42,119 nucleotides of DNA from an archaeon (GCA_009992175.1 JAACWA010000011.1:1-42119), one strand, 5' to 3'. Shown: positions 1 through 10,185, counted from the first letter of the stretch. Made by a program: numbers and translations. The notes: generated from the letters alone by a model not told the origin.

Positions 1-3000
1 TGTTTTTTCAAATTTTCTTCTAATGTTGCTCCCAAACTTGTAAGAGTGTCTCCTTTAGTTTTATCAAAATTAAAAACATCAGTACCAGAAAGACTTTGTT
101 TATCTATCCAACAACGTATATTTAAATTTCCACAATAACCAACATCAATCCATCTCTGATTTGTTCCAGGATAAAGTGGATCATTTCCTTTTCCAGGATT
201 TTCAGTTGCACAAACTCTAGTAACTCCTTCATTTGCTAAATCTGGAGAAACTGCATTAGAGATTCCTGCTTCTAAATTTGGATTCAAAAGACTAATTAAA
301 TTTGGACTTCCAGAGACACATTCTTGTTGACTTGTAATGTTAGAATTTATTGCTTGGTCTTTGATATATTGGTCACTCAAATAATCCACTGCAAAGTCTG
401 TACTTACAGTTCCAAAACCACACTCTTCTTGATTATTCACTTGAACACAGAGTTGGTTATATCCTTCAGCAGCTGTAAAGTCTTTAGTTTGAGTTTCATA
501 TTCTCCAGGAGGAATATATCCAGAATCAACTGAAATTGGGCTTGAAGAATCACTATAATATGAAGACCCATCTCCTTTCAAATAAACCCTATAATATGCC
601 CCTTGACTATTTCCAGCAAAAATATGGTAAAACACTTTATACTGAACTTGTGGGGGATTTGTTACACTTGAAAAAGGAATCACATCAAACTTAGCAGTAA
701 ATTGTGGGGGACTTCTAGATTGAGTTAAAGCATCTAGTGCTCCTTGACCTTCTGGATAAACTACTGACAAAAAGTTTTTACAAACAAGACTTCCAACTTC
801 TTCTTGACTTCTTGCTTTAAAGGCACTGTTAGCATTAAGTGAATAATATTGAACTAAGTAATCAGCTGAACTTTTGGCATTTGCAAGTGCTCCTTGTATT
901 CCTCCAACATACTCTCCTCCATTTCTTGCTCCTCCTCCAAAAATCCAACTGTCAATTTTTGGAACAGCTAAGTTTAACAAAGGTAATGCTTGTCTCCAGA
1001 AAAATTCACACATATAAATACTATTAATTTCGTCACAAATTCCAACAGTTTCTCCCTTTTCAAGACTAGTGTTTAAACATTCTCTGTAAGACTTTGCAAC
1101 TGAAAGGAAGTTATCTACTCCAGCTTTAACTCCCGTTAAACAAACAGGGACATAAATTCCTTCATCCCAATTTGGTAAACAAAGCATAACACTTCCAACA
1201 ACTCCAGATTGAATTACATCTCTTACAGTGTAGTCTCCACCATAATTACATCTAGAGCTCGGACAAATTACTGGGTCACAAGCATTAAATAAAATTTTAC
1301 AATCGGCTGGACTCATAATATCAGTACATTCTACTAATGGAACATCAACTGCAGGAGAACCAACTTTGTAAATAGTGTCATCATTGTCAAGCTTCAAATT
1401 TTTTATTCCATCTTTGTAAGCCCTTGAAACTTTTTCTATATTTTTAACAGCCCTATCAACCAAAGTTATCGCTTCCCCTCCTTTTAGTGAACCAATACTT
1501 GTGTAACTGTTAGAATTTCCTAAATTAATTAATTGACAATTGTCATTCATTGGATTGTATTCCACCACTCCATCTGAACCTGCATTACAAATCCAAAAGC
1601 TGTTTATTCTAGCGGATAAGTCATAAGTTCTCGAGGAAGAAGATGCTGAAACAGTCTGAGGAATATAAGCATACCACCCTTTTTGAGCTTCAACTGGAAC
1701 CAAAGCTGGAAGTCCTTTATAGGGATCTGTTTCATAATATTTTATTTCAGGATTTTTAATTGGAGTTCCTTCAGAAGTATCTTTCTTTTTGAATGAAGAA
1801 TATTTTGATTTAATTGATTTTGAAACTTCATCTGAAACCTTATTTTTATTTTCCCCATAAACTTCATTGATATAATACTCTCCAGAAGAAGCTGGTTTCA
1901 AAGTAACATAATATAAATTATTTTCATAAACAATTGGTTGAACCGGTTCTCCAGCTTTGAGTGAACCAAATCCATTAGGAACAACTGCTCCATCATAAAT
2001 TTCTTCAATACTATTTTTGTCTGAACGAATTCTAATTGTTGCTCCTTCTAAACCAGAATCTTTTATTTTTTGGTCCGCATTAAGTCTAACAAGGTTTTCA
2101 TTAACATTGTTTTCAACGCCCTTAAGAAGAATAAACAATCTTTCTCCATATTCTAATTCTTTATTTCCCAAATATAAATTTGCATAAAGTTCAATTTGCT
2201 TTGCATCTTCAAGGCTATAAATTCTTCCAAGGTTTTCTCCAGTTAAATATTCTTTAACCTTTTTAACATCAACAAATTCTCCTTTAGTTTTTGGATTTTC
2301 AAAATTATCTCCCAGGAAATTCAAACTCTCTTTAATTTTTTGTGAATACCCTTTGTCCATCAAAGTCTTTTGATTAACAATATCCTCTCCAAAAATTCCT
2401 CCCGAGTTTGTTACTCCATCAATTTCTTGAAGAGTTTTAAGTCCATCATTTTGTTTCTCCATTTCTTTAGTCATCTGACTAACTTGGTCTTCTATTTTTC
2501 CAGAATTGTCAAACAAACATTGTTCTTTAGTAGAATATTTTATATCAATTTGACCTTCACAATAAGAATTCCATTCCCTCATAACATTTTTTCTTGCAAG
2601 AGATTCAACTCCTGAATTAAGAAGTAAATTTTTGAGTGTCAAAACTGCTCCAGTAATTTCACAAGTTGTTTGGAAAGTTTTAACAACAGTTCCAAGGTTG
2701 TCTGAAATTCCCTGTAAAACATTAATTCTATTTGTCCAACTTTCAATTCTAGCTTTTGTTTCTTCTGGAGAAAGTTGAATAGACCTTTTTTCAATTCCAA
2801 TTGTGAAATTAAAGTCAACATTACTAATGTCTCTAACCTTTGTGTTCACTGAAACTTTAGCAACCTTTTTGAGATTAATTTTTGTAACAACAAAGATATA
2901 ATCTGTTCCTCCAATATTGAATGGAACATCTTTTTCTAAATTTGAATTTATTGAAGTTAAAAAAGATCCAGTTTTTGAAAGAATACTTCTTCCTTGCAAA

Positions 3001-5261
3001 CTAAAATCTAAACTTGCCCATTTTTCATCTTTAATTTCATTTAATTTAATGTACTCTTGATTATTTGAATTTTCCGAACTAGTTACAGAAGAAGTTCCAG
3101 TTATTTGAAGTTGTCCGTCTTGAAAATTTTTCCATTTAAGAGAATTCAAGAAAGTAATTGACTCTTGGGGAAGAGTGTAATCTTTAAAAGATCCAGAAAC
3201 AACTTTATATTCAGAGGTATCCATCCAAACCGATTTATCTGGAGACCATAACCACCCTATTTTAGGAGATTGATATGTTGTTAAAGGTTGATTTAAAGGA
3301 ACCCCATATTTAAAATATAAAACACCGGATCCTCCTGGTTTATTCATTGTAAAAATTTGATTTTGTTGGGTTGATGAACTAGTAGAAGATTTGAATAAAT
3401 TTCCTAGATAAACAATCTCTCCTTTTCTCATTTGAATTGAATTTTTAACAACCTCCTCTCCTTTTTTTATACTAATTTCAATTCCATACTCCTCGAAACT
3501 TGGTTCACGAACTCCTTCAAAAGAAATTTCTTTGTAATCTCCATCTATTAAAAAAGTCTGTCTTGAAACTCCAACATTAGAATATCTTGGAATGTTTTCA
3601 CAAGGGGATATGTCTAAATTAGAACCAGAATATTTTGATTTAAAGTCTTCACAATATTTTTTCAAGTCTTCACTTTGGTACAATTTATCTGAAAGATTAA
3701 TTAATTGTGCTAAAGCTTGTTCTCCTAAATATCCATCTAACTTTTCTTCATATTTTTGATTCGCAAAGTTTTCTTGAATTTGTTTATAATCTCTAACTGC
3801 ATTATTTTGGTATCCAATAAGAGTTTGATTCTTCAAATCTAAATTTGTTCCAACTCCAAAACTTTTAATTTGTACTTTTGTTCCAAAGGCCTCTTGAGCT
3901 GAACCATAATTAATTCTTTTAAAATTGTTTCCATCAAATAACCAATTAAATTTGGGTTCTACAAAACCAAAAATGGTTTTGAAAACATCCGAAGCTGATT
4001 TATCCTTTCTCAAATCATTTTTTGCATATCTTGCAACTTTACTTAATGTATCTGAATCTAATTTATCAACCGGTTTACCAGGAACTGTAACTAAATAAAT
4101 TAAAGAATTTTGAATGGCATCTAATTTGGATTTGGGGTCTGTTCCAACATACCCCAAGTAAACTGCCTTTTCATCATAATTAAATGGAAGACGATCTCCA
4201 ACTTGATAAGTCTTCTCTGAAGAGCCACCAATAGATAAATCAATTGTAGGTTCAATTCTTAAAGGAAAAGTTTGTGTTTTTTCATCCCCTTCACAACGAA
4301 CATCAACTGTTTGCCTTAACCCTTCCTTAATTGGATCCGAAACAACTTGACATTTATTGTCATAAAAATATTCTCCTTTTTTTACTTCAAAAGTTTCAGA
4401 ATTAACTTTCATAACTGCTCTTGTGTCTTGCCCTTCTACTGAATCTAATTTTAATGTTGAAGAAGCCATACATCCAAAACCAGGAAGGAAAAAACTAGAA
4501 GATTCTTCACCAACATTTAATTTTTTGCTTAAAACTTTTTGTTTTTCGGCTCCTCCAGAATTTGCATTGAGTCCTGAATAAATTGAAATTGAGGCAGAGG
4601 TGGTTTGAATGTCATCGGCCCTCAAGTAACCCATATGATTAAAAAAAGCATATTGACCATATAATTCTTTGAATTCGGGGTCAGTCATAAGGGAAAGGTA
4701 AAACCTATAATTTTCTAAACCAAAAGAATTTCTCAAGTCATAAATAATTCTTGCTGAAAGTCCTCCAACAATTGATTCAGGCATTGAAGACTCATTTCCA
4801 TTTCTTGCTAAAAATATTATTGCATAACCTATATTATTCCATTGTCCATTACTTAGTTGAGTATTTAATCCTAAAGCAGGATAACTCGGAATAAACCCAA
4901 CACTACTAACTCCTTCTGGTAAACTTGATCCAAAATCAATTGATTTAATTGAAGTAACTGTGATTAAAGGATTAACTTTTAATGCTTGAAGTTGGCAATA
5001 AACTGGAACATTTTGTTCTTCAAGTAAATCACTTCTAACAACTGGAGGAGTACATCCACCTGGAACAACTCTTATGATAAAATCCTGTCCACTAGAACAA
5101 ACTTCATTATTAAAATTGAAATCTTGGTTTGTTCCAAAACCAAAAGAAGAACCAGCTAATCCTGGTTGAGTAAGTTGAAAACTAGATTTTTCATAAGCAG
5201 AAGTAAAACTAAGAATAAAAATAAGAATAAAAATTCCAAGAAAAATTTTATTTATTTTCAT
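1..5261 (-). CDS. Giant secreted Cys-rich protein (>1750 aa, 3' end runs off the left edge)
   Basis: ATG at 5261 overlaps the stop of the upstream gene (ATGA). Translates as MKINKIFLGIFILIFILSFTSA (signal peptide) then ...GCTPPVVRSDLLEEQNVPVYCQL..., with a Cys-rich block near 950-1340 (ECTDIMSPADCKILFNACDPVICPSSRCNYGG...LCLPNW...VCLTG...CDEINSIYMCEFFW). The same frame is still open at position 3. It is absent from the ORF track, as expected for a frame with no stop in the window. Confidence 0.9.
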   Translation of the reverse strand, partial: MKINKIFLGIFILIFILSFTSAYEKSSFQLTQPGLAGSSFGFGTNQDFNFNNEVCSSGQDFIIRVVPGGCTPPVVRSDLLEEQNVPVYCQLQALKVNPLITVTSIKSIDFGSSLPEGVSSVGFIPSYPALGLNTQLSNGQWNNIGYAIIFLARNGNESSMPESIVGGLSARIIYDLRNSFGLENYRFYLSLMTDPEFKELYGQYAFFNHMGYLRADDIQTTSASISIYSGLNANSGGAEKQKVLSKKLNVGEESSSFFLPGFGCMASSTLKLDSVEGQDTRAVMKVNSETFEVKKGEYFYDNKCQVVSDPIKEGLRQTVDVRCEGDEKTQTFPLRIEPTIDLSIGGSSEKTYQVGDRLPFNYDEKAVYLGYVGTDPKSKLDAIQNSLIYLVTVPGKPVDKLDSDTLSKVARYAKNDLRKDKSASDVFKTIFGFVEPKFNWLFDGNNFKRINYGSAQEAFGTKVQIKSFGVGTNLDLKNQTLIGYQNNAVRDYKQIQENFANQKYEEKLDGYLGEQALAQLINLSDKLYQSEDLKKYCEDFKSKYSGSNLDISPCENIPRYSNVGVSRQTFLIDGDYKEISFEGVREPSFEEYGIEISIKKGEEVVKNSIQMRKGEIVYLGNLFKSSTSSSTQQNQIFTMNKPGGSGVLYFKYGVPLNQPLTTYQSPKIGWLWSPDKSVWMDTSEYKVVSGSFKDYTLPQESITFLNSLKWKNFQDGQLQITGTSSVTSSENSNNQEYIKLNEIKDEKWASLDFSLQGRSILSKTGSFLTSINSNLEKDVPFNIGGTDYIFVVTKINLKKVAKVSVNTKVRDISNVDFNFTIGIEKRSIQLSPEETKARIESWTNRINVLQGISDNLGTVVKTFQTTCEITGAVLTLKNLLLNSGVESLARKNVMREWNSYCEGQIDIKYSTKEQCLFDNSGKIEDQVSQMTKEMEKQNDGLKTLQEIDGVTNSGGIFGEDIVNQKTLMDKGYSQKIKESLNFLGDNFENPKTKGEFVDVKKVKEYLTGENLGRIYSLEDAKQIELYANLYLGNKELEYGERLFILLKGVENNVNENLVRLNADQKIKDSGLEGATIRIRSDKNSIEEIYDGAVVPNGFGSLKAGEPVQPIVYENNLYYVTLKPASSGEYYINEVYGENKNKVSDEVSKSIKSKYSSFKKKDTSEGTPIKNPEIKYYETDPYKGLPALVPVEAQKGWYAYIPQTVSASSSSRTYDLSARINSFWICNAGSDGVVEYNPMNDNCQLINLGNSNSYTSIGSLKGGEAITLVDRAVKNIEKVSRAYKDGIKNLKLDNDDTIYKVGSPAVDVPLVECTDIMSPADCKILFNACDPVICPSSRCNYGGDYTVRDVIQSGVVGSVMLCLPNWDEGIYVPVCLTGVKAGVDNFLSVAKSYRECLNTSLEKGETVGICDEINSIYMCEFFWRQALPLLNLAVPKIDSWIFGGGARNGGEYVGGIQGALANAKSSADYLVQYYSLNANSAFKARSQEEVGSLVCKNFLSVVYPEGQGALDALTQSRSPPQFTAKFDVIPFSSVTNPPQVQYKVFYHIFAGNSQGAYYRVYLKGDGSSYYSDSSSPISVDSGYIPPGEYETQTKDFTAAEGYNQLCVQVNNQEECGFGTVSTDFAVDYLSDQYIKDQAINSNITSQQECVSGSPNLISLLNPNLEAGISNAVSPDLANEGVTRVCATENPGKGNDPLYPGTNQRWIDVGYCGNLNIRCWIDKQSLSGTDVFNFDKTKGDTLTSLGATLEENLKK

Positions 5262-7093
5262 ATGAAACTAACCTCCACTTTTTTTGAATCAACTAAAGTA
5301 TAAACCACTTGAAGTTCCTCGAGGGAAGTTGGAGAATTATACCTATCAACATCAATCTGAAGTTTATTGTTTGAACTTAAACTTGATTCACTTACAGTAA
5401 AAGTTTCACTCCCCCCTCCAACTAAAACGTTTGAAATATTTTGTTCAGGTACAGCTACATCACTACATTCTTCATGAGTTATTCCAAAAATTCCTCCAAT
5501 TCCAGAAGGAACGTCTACACATTGTTTAATTGTTGTTGCATCAAACTTTATACTTGAATTGTCATACAAATAAACTTTAAGATTATACTCTCCAGCACTC
5601 AATTTTATTTTATTTTGTTCAGGATAAAGAAATACTTTGGAATCATCATCAGAAGAAAAATAAACTACCGCTTTTTCATTAAATTTACTGTTTTTAATTT
5701 TTAATGAAACTTGTTTTTCATATTCTTTATCTAAAATTAATGAAACACTTCCCCCATTAACTGTTGAAATTTCTTCAGATTTTTCTTTATATCCTTTTGA
5801 ATTTACAATTATTTTTCCATTTGCACATTGAGGGAAAGCGCCTTCCAGAGTTCCCCCTTTAGTTTCTCCAATTTGGCAACTTGAACCTAAACAGTCATAA
5901 CTTATATTTCCCTCGACATTTCTTAAATCTGAACTAGAAAGCTCAACTGTAAAATTAGAAAATGGACCATCACACAAAGGATAAGAATTTTCAACGAACT
6001 CTCCAGCTGTTGAAACTTTTTTTGCAACGTTTCCATCAATCACAATTGCTAAAGGAAATTGAAATGTTTCGCCATTATTTGTTAACTGTACTAAAACGGG
6101 ATATTTCAAACTATAAACAAAATGGTAAGGAGCATAACAGAACCCTAAAATTCCCAATCCTTGTTGAATTCCAACAGGTTTTGAAACTAAAACCGCAGAA
6201 CTTGCAGGTTCAACTTGATAATTACTGGGCCATTCTTGAAAATTAAGAACTTTTACTTCGGAATCTATTGGAATCTTTAAATTAAAATAATCATTCTTCT
6301 CTCCTGAATTTTTTAAAGCAAAAAAATTGTCTTGGGTTGCTCTCTTTAATGTTGAAAAAATTTCATCTGCATTCCAAATTTTTGGAGCACAAGTAAGTTC
6401 TACTCCATCAACAGGAGCATAAGTTCTTAAAACATCAACCGAATAATTTTCTAAGAAAAGTTCCTTTCTTTCCTTGTTGTCAAAACTAATTGCATCATTG
6501 TATAAATTTCCAAGTTCAGAATCAACTTCAACTTGATGTGTTGACATAGTAGCTGTCTCTGCATCTTTAGTTACTTGAATGTCCATATCCACAAAAACCT
6601 GAACTAAATTGTCCTTAATCACAACTTCTGAAGTTGGAACTCCTTTAGTAATTTTATATCCTTCTTTAACAAAAGAATCAAAATTACAATTTGGAATTTC
6701 TTGGTCTAAATAAGTTTGCATTTGATTTTGAAGTTCTTTTTTTTCAGGAACTTGATTTATTTCTAAATTGTTTTCACTAATTGAATGCCAATAAGGAATT
6801 CCGGTCCCTAAGAAATCTAACTGTGAAGAAAAAGGCATGTAACTTGAACCAGGAATAAATTCAGGATTAAAGATATACCCTCCTTTTGACTCCATAATTT
6901 TTATTCCAACTAAAGTTTTTTCCTTTACACAATTTAAAAAATTTGTTTTAATAGGTTCAAAAGTAGAAGAAACTGAACTAGGAAAAAGAGTATCTTTAAA
7001 CACAAAATAAGAAGCAATTGCAACAACTAAAACAATTGCAATAATTACAAAAAATGTAACTTGTCCTCCCTTGTTTACACCCCTCCTGGCCAT
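5258..7093 (-). CDS. 611-aa surface protein with class III (prepilin-like) signal peptide
   Basis: N-terminus MARRGVNKGG/QVTFFVIIAIVLVV has a basic leader, a G|Q site and a hydrophobic helix. The extracellular part is Cys-containing and beta-rich. Translationally coupled to the giant gene. Confidence 0.8.
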   Translation of the reverse strand: MARRGVNKGGQVTFFVIIAIVLVVAIASYFVFKDTLFPSSVSSTFEPIKTNFLNCVKEKTLVGIKIMESKGGYIFNPEFIPGSSYMPFSSQLDFLGTGIPYWHSISENNLEINQVPEKKELQNQMQTYLDQEIPNCNFDSFVKEGYKITKGVPTSEVVIKDNLVQVFVDMDIQVTKDAETATMSTHQVEVDSELGNLYNDAISFDNKERKELFLENYSVDVLRTYAPVDGVELTCAPKIWNADEIFSTLKRATQDNFFALKNSGEKNDYFNLKIPIDSEVKVLNFQEWPSNYQVEPASSAVLVSKPVGIQQGLGILGFCYAPYHFVYSLKYPVLVQLTNNGETFQFPLAIVIDGNVAKKVSTAGEFVENSYPLCDGPFSNFTVELSSSDLRNVEGNISYDCLGSSCQIGETKGGTLEGAFPQCANGKIIVNSKGYKEKSEEISTVNGGSVSLILDKEYEKQVSLKIKNSKFNEKAVVYFSSDDDSKVFLYPEQNKIKLSAGEYNLKVYLYDNSSIKFDATTIKQCVDVPSGIGGIFGITHEECSDVAVPEQNISNVLVGGGSETFTVSESSLSSNNKLQIDVDRYNSPTSLEELQVVYTLVDSKKVEVSFI

Positions 7094-7170
7094 GAATAGA
7101 AAATGGAAAACACGTATATAAATATTTGTTTAAAAAAGAAGAAATGTTCGAGATAAAAAAAAGATAAAAA

Positions 7171-7380
7171 TTAAATCCTTCTCGAAAAGAAGATTAAATA
7201 AAAAAGATTAAGAATGAATAAAATTCCTCCAAAAAGAACAAAAATTGAATCAACTGGAGCTCCAAAATTAAAATTTCCAAAAAAAGATAATTTAGAGTTT
7301 AAAAAATAAAAACCCAAAATTAAATTTAATAAAATTAAAACCCATTTTTTGCCATCTTTTTTGTAAACTCCACTTCCCAT
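7171..7380 (-). CDS. Small two-TM membrane protein
   Basis: 69 aa, two hydrophobic segments, ATG start. Confidence 0.6.
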   Translation of the reverse strand: MGSGVYKKDGKKWVLILLNLILGFYFLNSKLSFFGNFNFGAPVDSIFVLFGGILFILNLFYLIFFSRRI

Positions 7381-7417
7381 TCCTTTTTAAATGAATTTCT
7401 AAGTATTTAATTCTTAC

Positions 7418-7696
7418 TTAATTCTTAAGGCGAGTTCTTTTTCCTCCCTTAACTTGCCCCCAATTGTTATCTAAAATTTCAAAAACTAAATCTTTCTTTT
7501 CTAGTTTTGAAAGGTTACACAAGTTTTCTACAAGGTTTAAGGTAATTACTCTTCTCTCACAGTAATAATTTTTAAGAGAATTATAATTAACATCCACTCC
7601 TCGATTAATTAATTCTTTTAAATTTGGGCAACCCAATATTTCTAACACTTTTTTGATAAAATCTCTTTGTTTTCCTAGAGGAAATTTTGCTTTCAT
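7418..7696 (-). CDS. Hypothetical protein, possible HTH-type DNA-binding fold
   Basis: 92 aa, helical pattern LKELINRGVDVNYNSLKNYY, C-terminal WGQVKGGK. Confidence 0.6.
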   Translation of the reverse strand: MKAKFPLGKQRDFIKKVLEILGCPNLKELINRGVDVNYNSLKNYYCERRVITLNLVENLCNLSKLEKKDLVFEILDNNWGQVKGGKRTRLKN

Positions 7697-7727
7697 AATT
7701 TAACTGCGACACCAAGCTATAAAAAAC

Positions 7728-7735
7728 TTTATAAA
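7728..7735 (+). promoter_or_regulatory. Archaeal TATA box for rpl44e (leaderless spacing)
   Basis: TTTATAAA preceded by an A-rich BRE-like tract, 21 nt upstream of ATG 7757. Confidence 0.6.
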
Positions 7736-7756
7736 GCAATTTTAACAGAAAATTAT

Positions 7757-8068
7757 ATGAAGATTCCAAAAACTACAAAAAGATATTGCCCACATTGTAA
7801 AAAAAGAACTGAGCAGAAAATAAAAGCAGTTTCAACTGGAGGAAAAAGAGGAACCTTGAAAAGAGGAGGAATTGCAAGGGCAAAACTTAGGGGATTAGGA
7901 ATAGGAATTGGAAACAAAGGTAAATGGGGTTCAAGACCAGCAATTTCAAAATTCAAAAGAAAATCAAAAACAACTAAAAAGACAAACATTATGTACACTT
8001 GTAAAGTTTGTGGAAAGTCAAAATATCAAAAGAAAGGTACAAGAGCAGGGAGGGTAATACAAGAATGA
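7757..8068 (+). CDS. rpl44e: 50S ribosomal protein L44e (eL42)
   Basis: MKIPK..KRYCPHCKK and KTTKK....YTCKVCGK zinc-ribbon motifs. Confidence 0.95.
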   Translation: MKIPKTTKRYCPHCKKRTEQKIKAVSTGGKRGTLKRGGIARAKLRGLGIGIGNKGKWGSRPAISKFKRKSKTTKKTNIMYTCKVCGKSKYQKKGTRAGRVIQE

Positions 8069-8129
8069 TAGAATATCAAAAACAAACTAAGGGAAAGTTT
8101 CATAAAGAAAACCGGAGGTTGTCTTTATA

Positions 8130-8672
8130 ATGGCACAAGCAAAAAGAAAAAAAAGATTTTTTAATGTTGAAATTCCACTAATAAAAAAGACCACTCAGCT
8201 TCAAGCTTATGAAATAAAAGAGTTGGATAAAAGATTCATAAAATATGACCTTACAAGAATTTTGAAAGGAAAAGCAACAATTATCACTCTTAAAACTAAA
8301 GTAAACGGAGAGGAAGTTTTAACCTTTCCAAAAGAAATGAGACTTCTTCCATACTACTTGAGAAGAATGGTAAGACGTGGAACAAATTATGTTGAAGACT
8401 CTTTCTCTACTGAATCTAAAGATTCTCAAATAAGAATTAAACCTTTCTTAGTTACAAGAAGAAAAGTTTCAAGAGAAGTAAGAAAAACACTTCGAAACAA
8501 AGCAAGAGAAGAATTGATTTTATGGGCAAAAGAAAGTTCAACAGAGAAAATATTTGACGAGACTCTTAAAGGAAAAATCCAAAGAGAACTTAGTATCAAA
8601 TTAAAAAAGATTTATCCTCTTTCACTCTGTGAAATAAGAGTTTTGAATGTGGAAAAAGAAAAGAAGAAATAA
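8130..8672 (+). CDS. rps3ae: 30S ribosomal protein S3Ae (eS1)
   Basis: YLRRMVRRG..YVEDSF and LKKIYPL..CEIR motifs; GGAGGT Shine-Dalgarno upstream. Confidence 0.9.
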   Translation: MAQAKRKKRFFNVEIPLIKKTTQLQAYEIKELDKRFIKYDLTRILKGKATIITLKTKVNGEEVLTFPKEMRLLPYYLRRMVRRGTNYVEDSFSTESKDSQIRIKPFLVTRRKVSREVRKTLRNKAREELILWAKESSTEKIFDETLKGKIQRELSIKLKKIYPLSLCEIRVLNVEKEKKK

Positions 8673-8724
8673 TTTTCCAAGACAACAACTTTTAAAAAAC
8701 ATCGATTTCTCTAAATTTAATCAT

Positions 8725-8796
8725 GCCTGTATAGCTCAGTGATAGAGCAACTCACTTGTAATGAGTAGGTCGGGGGTTTGAATCCCTCTACAGGCT
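8725..8796 (+). tRNA. tRNA-Thr (UGU)
   Basis: Cloverleaf: acceptor GCCTGTA/TACAGGC, D-arm GCTC/GAGC, anticodon arm ACTCA-CT-TGT-AA-TGAGT, T-arm GGGGG-TTTGAAT-CCCTC. No encoded CCA. Confidence 0.93.
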
Positions 8797-8817
8797 TTTA
8801 TTTTTTTAAAAATAACT

Positions 8818-9141
8818 TTATTTTAATTTAACAGCTGTACCAAAAGCAAGCATTTCTGAAGCACCAGCCATTATGGTTGAAGTCATAAACCTCATCCCAA
8901 TTATTGCGTCAGCTCCTAAACTAATTGCTTCATTTACCATTCTGTTATATGCTTCATCTCTTGAGTGGCTTGCCATATCAGTATAAGTTTTTATTTCTCC
9001 ACCTACAAGATTTTTAAAAGCAGCACCAATATCTCGTCCGACATTTCTTGCTCGGACAGTGTTTCCACGAGCAACACCTAAAATTTGAACAATTTTTTTT
9101 CCAGGAATTTCTTCTCCGGTTGTAACAATCATTTCTTTCAT
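8818..9141 (-). CDS. UPF0145/YbjQ family protein
   Basis: TTGEEIPG, VGGEIKTYT, GADAIIGMRF and AFGTAVKL motifs. Confidence 0.92.
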   Translation of the reverse strand: MKEMIVTTGEEIPGKKIVQILGVARGNTVRARNVGRDIGAAFKNLVGGEIKTYTDMASHSRDEAYNRMVNEAISLGADAIIGMRFMTSTIMAGASEMLAFGTAVKLK

Positions 9142-9332
9142 TTTTTCTTACCCCCTTTTTTGTAGACTATTTCTTCAATTTCATCTTCTTCCTTATTAAA
9201 AAAAACAATGATCCCAATAATTAAGAGGGGAATTCCATAAATTAAAGTTATAAAAGATGCCAAAGGAGAAATAACAATTAAAACAATTCCCGCCAAAGCC
9301 AAAATTAATCCTGAAACTTCTCTCTTATTCAT
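9138..9332 (-). CDS. Small membrane protein (2 TM)
   Basis: 64-aa hydrophobic hairpin; overlaps the ybjQ-like start. Confidence 0.65.
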   Translation of the reverse strand: MNKREVSGLILALAGIVLIVISPLASFITLIYGIPLLIIGIIVFFNKEEDEIEEIVYKKGGKKK

Positions 9333-9363
9333 ATAAAAATCAACCTTCTATGATTATTAAATC

Positions 9364-9708
9364 TTACCAAACAACAATCCTCTTCTTAAAAGTTCCAACC
9401 CAATTGTCAAGAGTCTCATTAACCAATTTTCTTATATTCTCTTTATCTTTAATTCTGTATAAAAAAATATATCCTCCAACAGACTGATTTATTTGTGAAC
9501 GAAAAACTAAATTTTTTTCATGTAATTTTTTTATCGATCTTTGAATTGTTGATTTATCTAACCTTAACTTTTTTGAAAGTTCATCGGTTGTGAACTTATT
9601 TTCATGTTCTGACAAAAATTTTAATAGACGAAACTCTGACTTGCTAAGTCCAAGTACACATTTTATGACTTCTTCTAAGTCAAATTTTTTACATGCAAAG
9701 TCTATCAT
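9364..9708 (-). CDS. Winged-HTH transcriptional regulator (TrmB/MarR-like)
   Basis: IKCVLGLSKSE...TTDELSKKLRLDKSTIQRSIKKL...GGYIFLY. Confidence 0.85.
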   Translation of the reverse strand: MIDFACKKFDLEEVIKCVLGLSKSEFRLLKFLSEHENKFTTDELSKKLRLDKSTIQRSIKKLHEKNLVFRSQINQSVGGYIFLYRIKDKENIRKLVNETLDNWVGTFKKRIVVW

Positions 9709-9725
9709 TTTAAAAATTTAATATT

Positions 9726-10055
9726 TTAAATTTTTGAAAGAATTGAATCAATTTTTGATTTTAGTTGTTCTTCACCCATGAAACCCACAATTCTTCCAAC
9801 TTCCTTTTTATCATTAACTAAAACCAATGCAGGAATTCCTTGTATTCCAAATTGCATTGCAATCATTTCTTCGTTCTCAGTGTTAAGTCTTCTAAAATTA
9901 AGTTTCCCTTCATATTCTCCACTTAATTTTTCAAAAACAGGTTTCAACATTTGACATGGACCACACCAATCAGCAAAGAAATCAATGATTACAGGAGTCT
10001 TTGAATTCACAACTTCTTCTTCAAAATTATTCACGGTTAAATCTTTTACTACCAT
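9726..10055 (-). CDS. trxA: Thioredoxin
   Basis: DFFADWCGPC active site and GIQGIP cis-Pro loop. Confidence 0.95.
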   Translation of the reverse strand: MVVKDLTVNNFEEEVVNSKTPVIIDFFADWCGPCQMLKPVFEKLSGEYEGKLNFRRLNTENEEMIAMQFGIQGIPALVLVNDKKEVGRIVGFMGEEQLKSKIDSILSKI

Positions 10056-10185
10056 TTTTTTGTTTTTATCAATTTAATTACTGCAAGAAGTTAGCAGTAC
10101 TTTATAAACCCTGTCAAGAACTGCAAAAAAGAACGAAAAAATCACAAAACTTAAAAAATAAAAAATAAAAAAAATTGAATTGAAT

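Noticed and set aside
324-2821. Short ORFs 324-533, 839-1027, 2370-2615 and 2639-2821
   Set aside because: Antisense or off-frame shadows of the giant minus-strand gene
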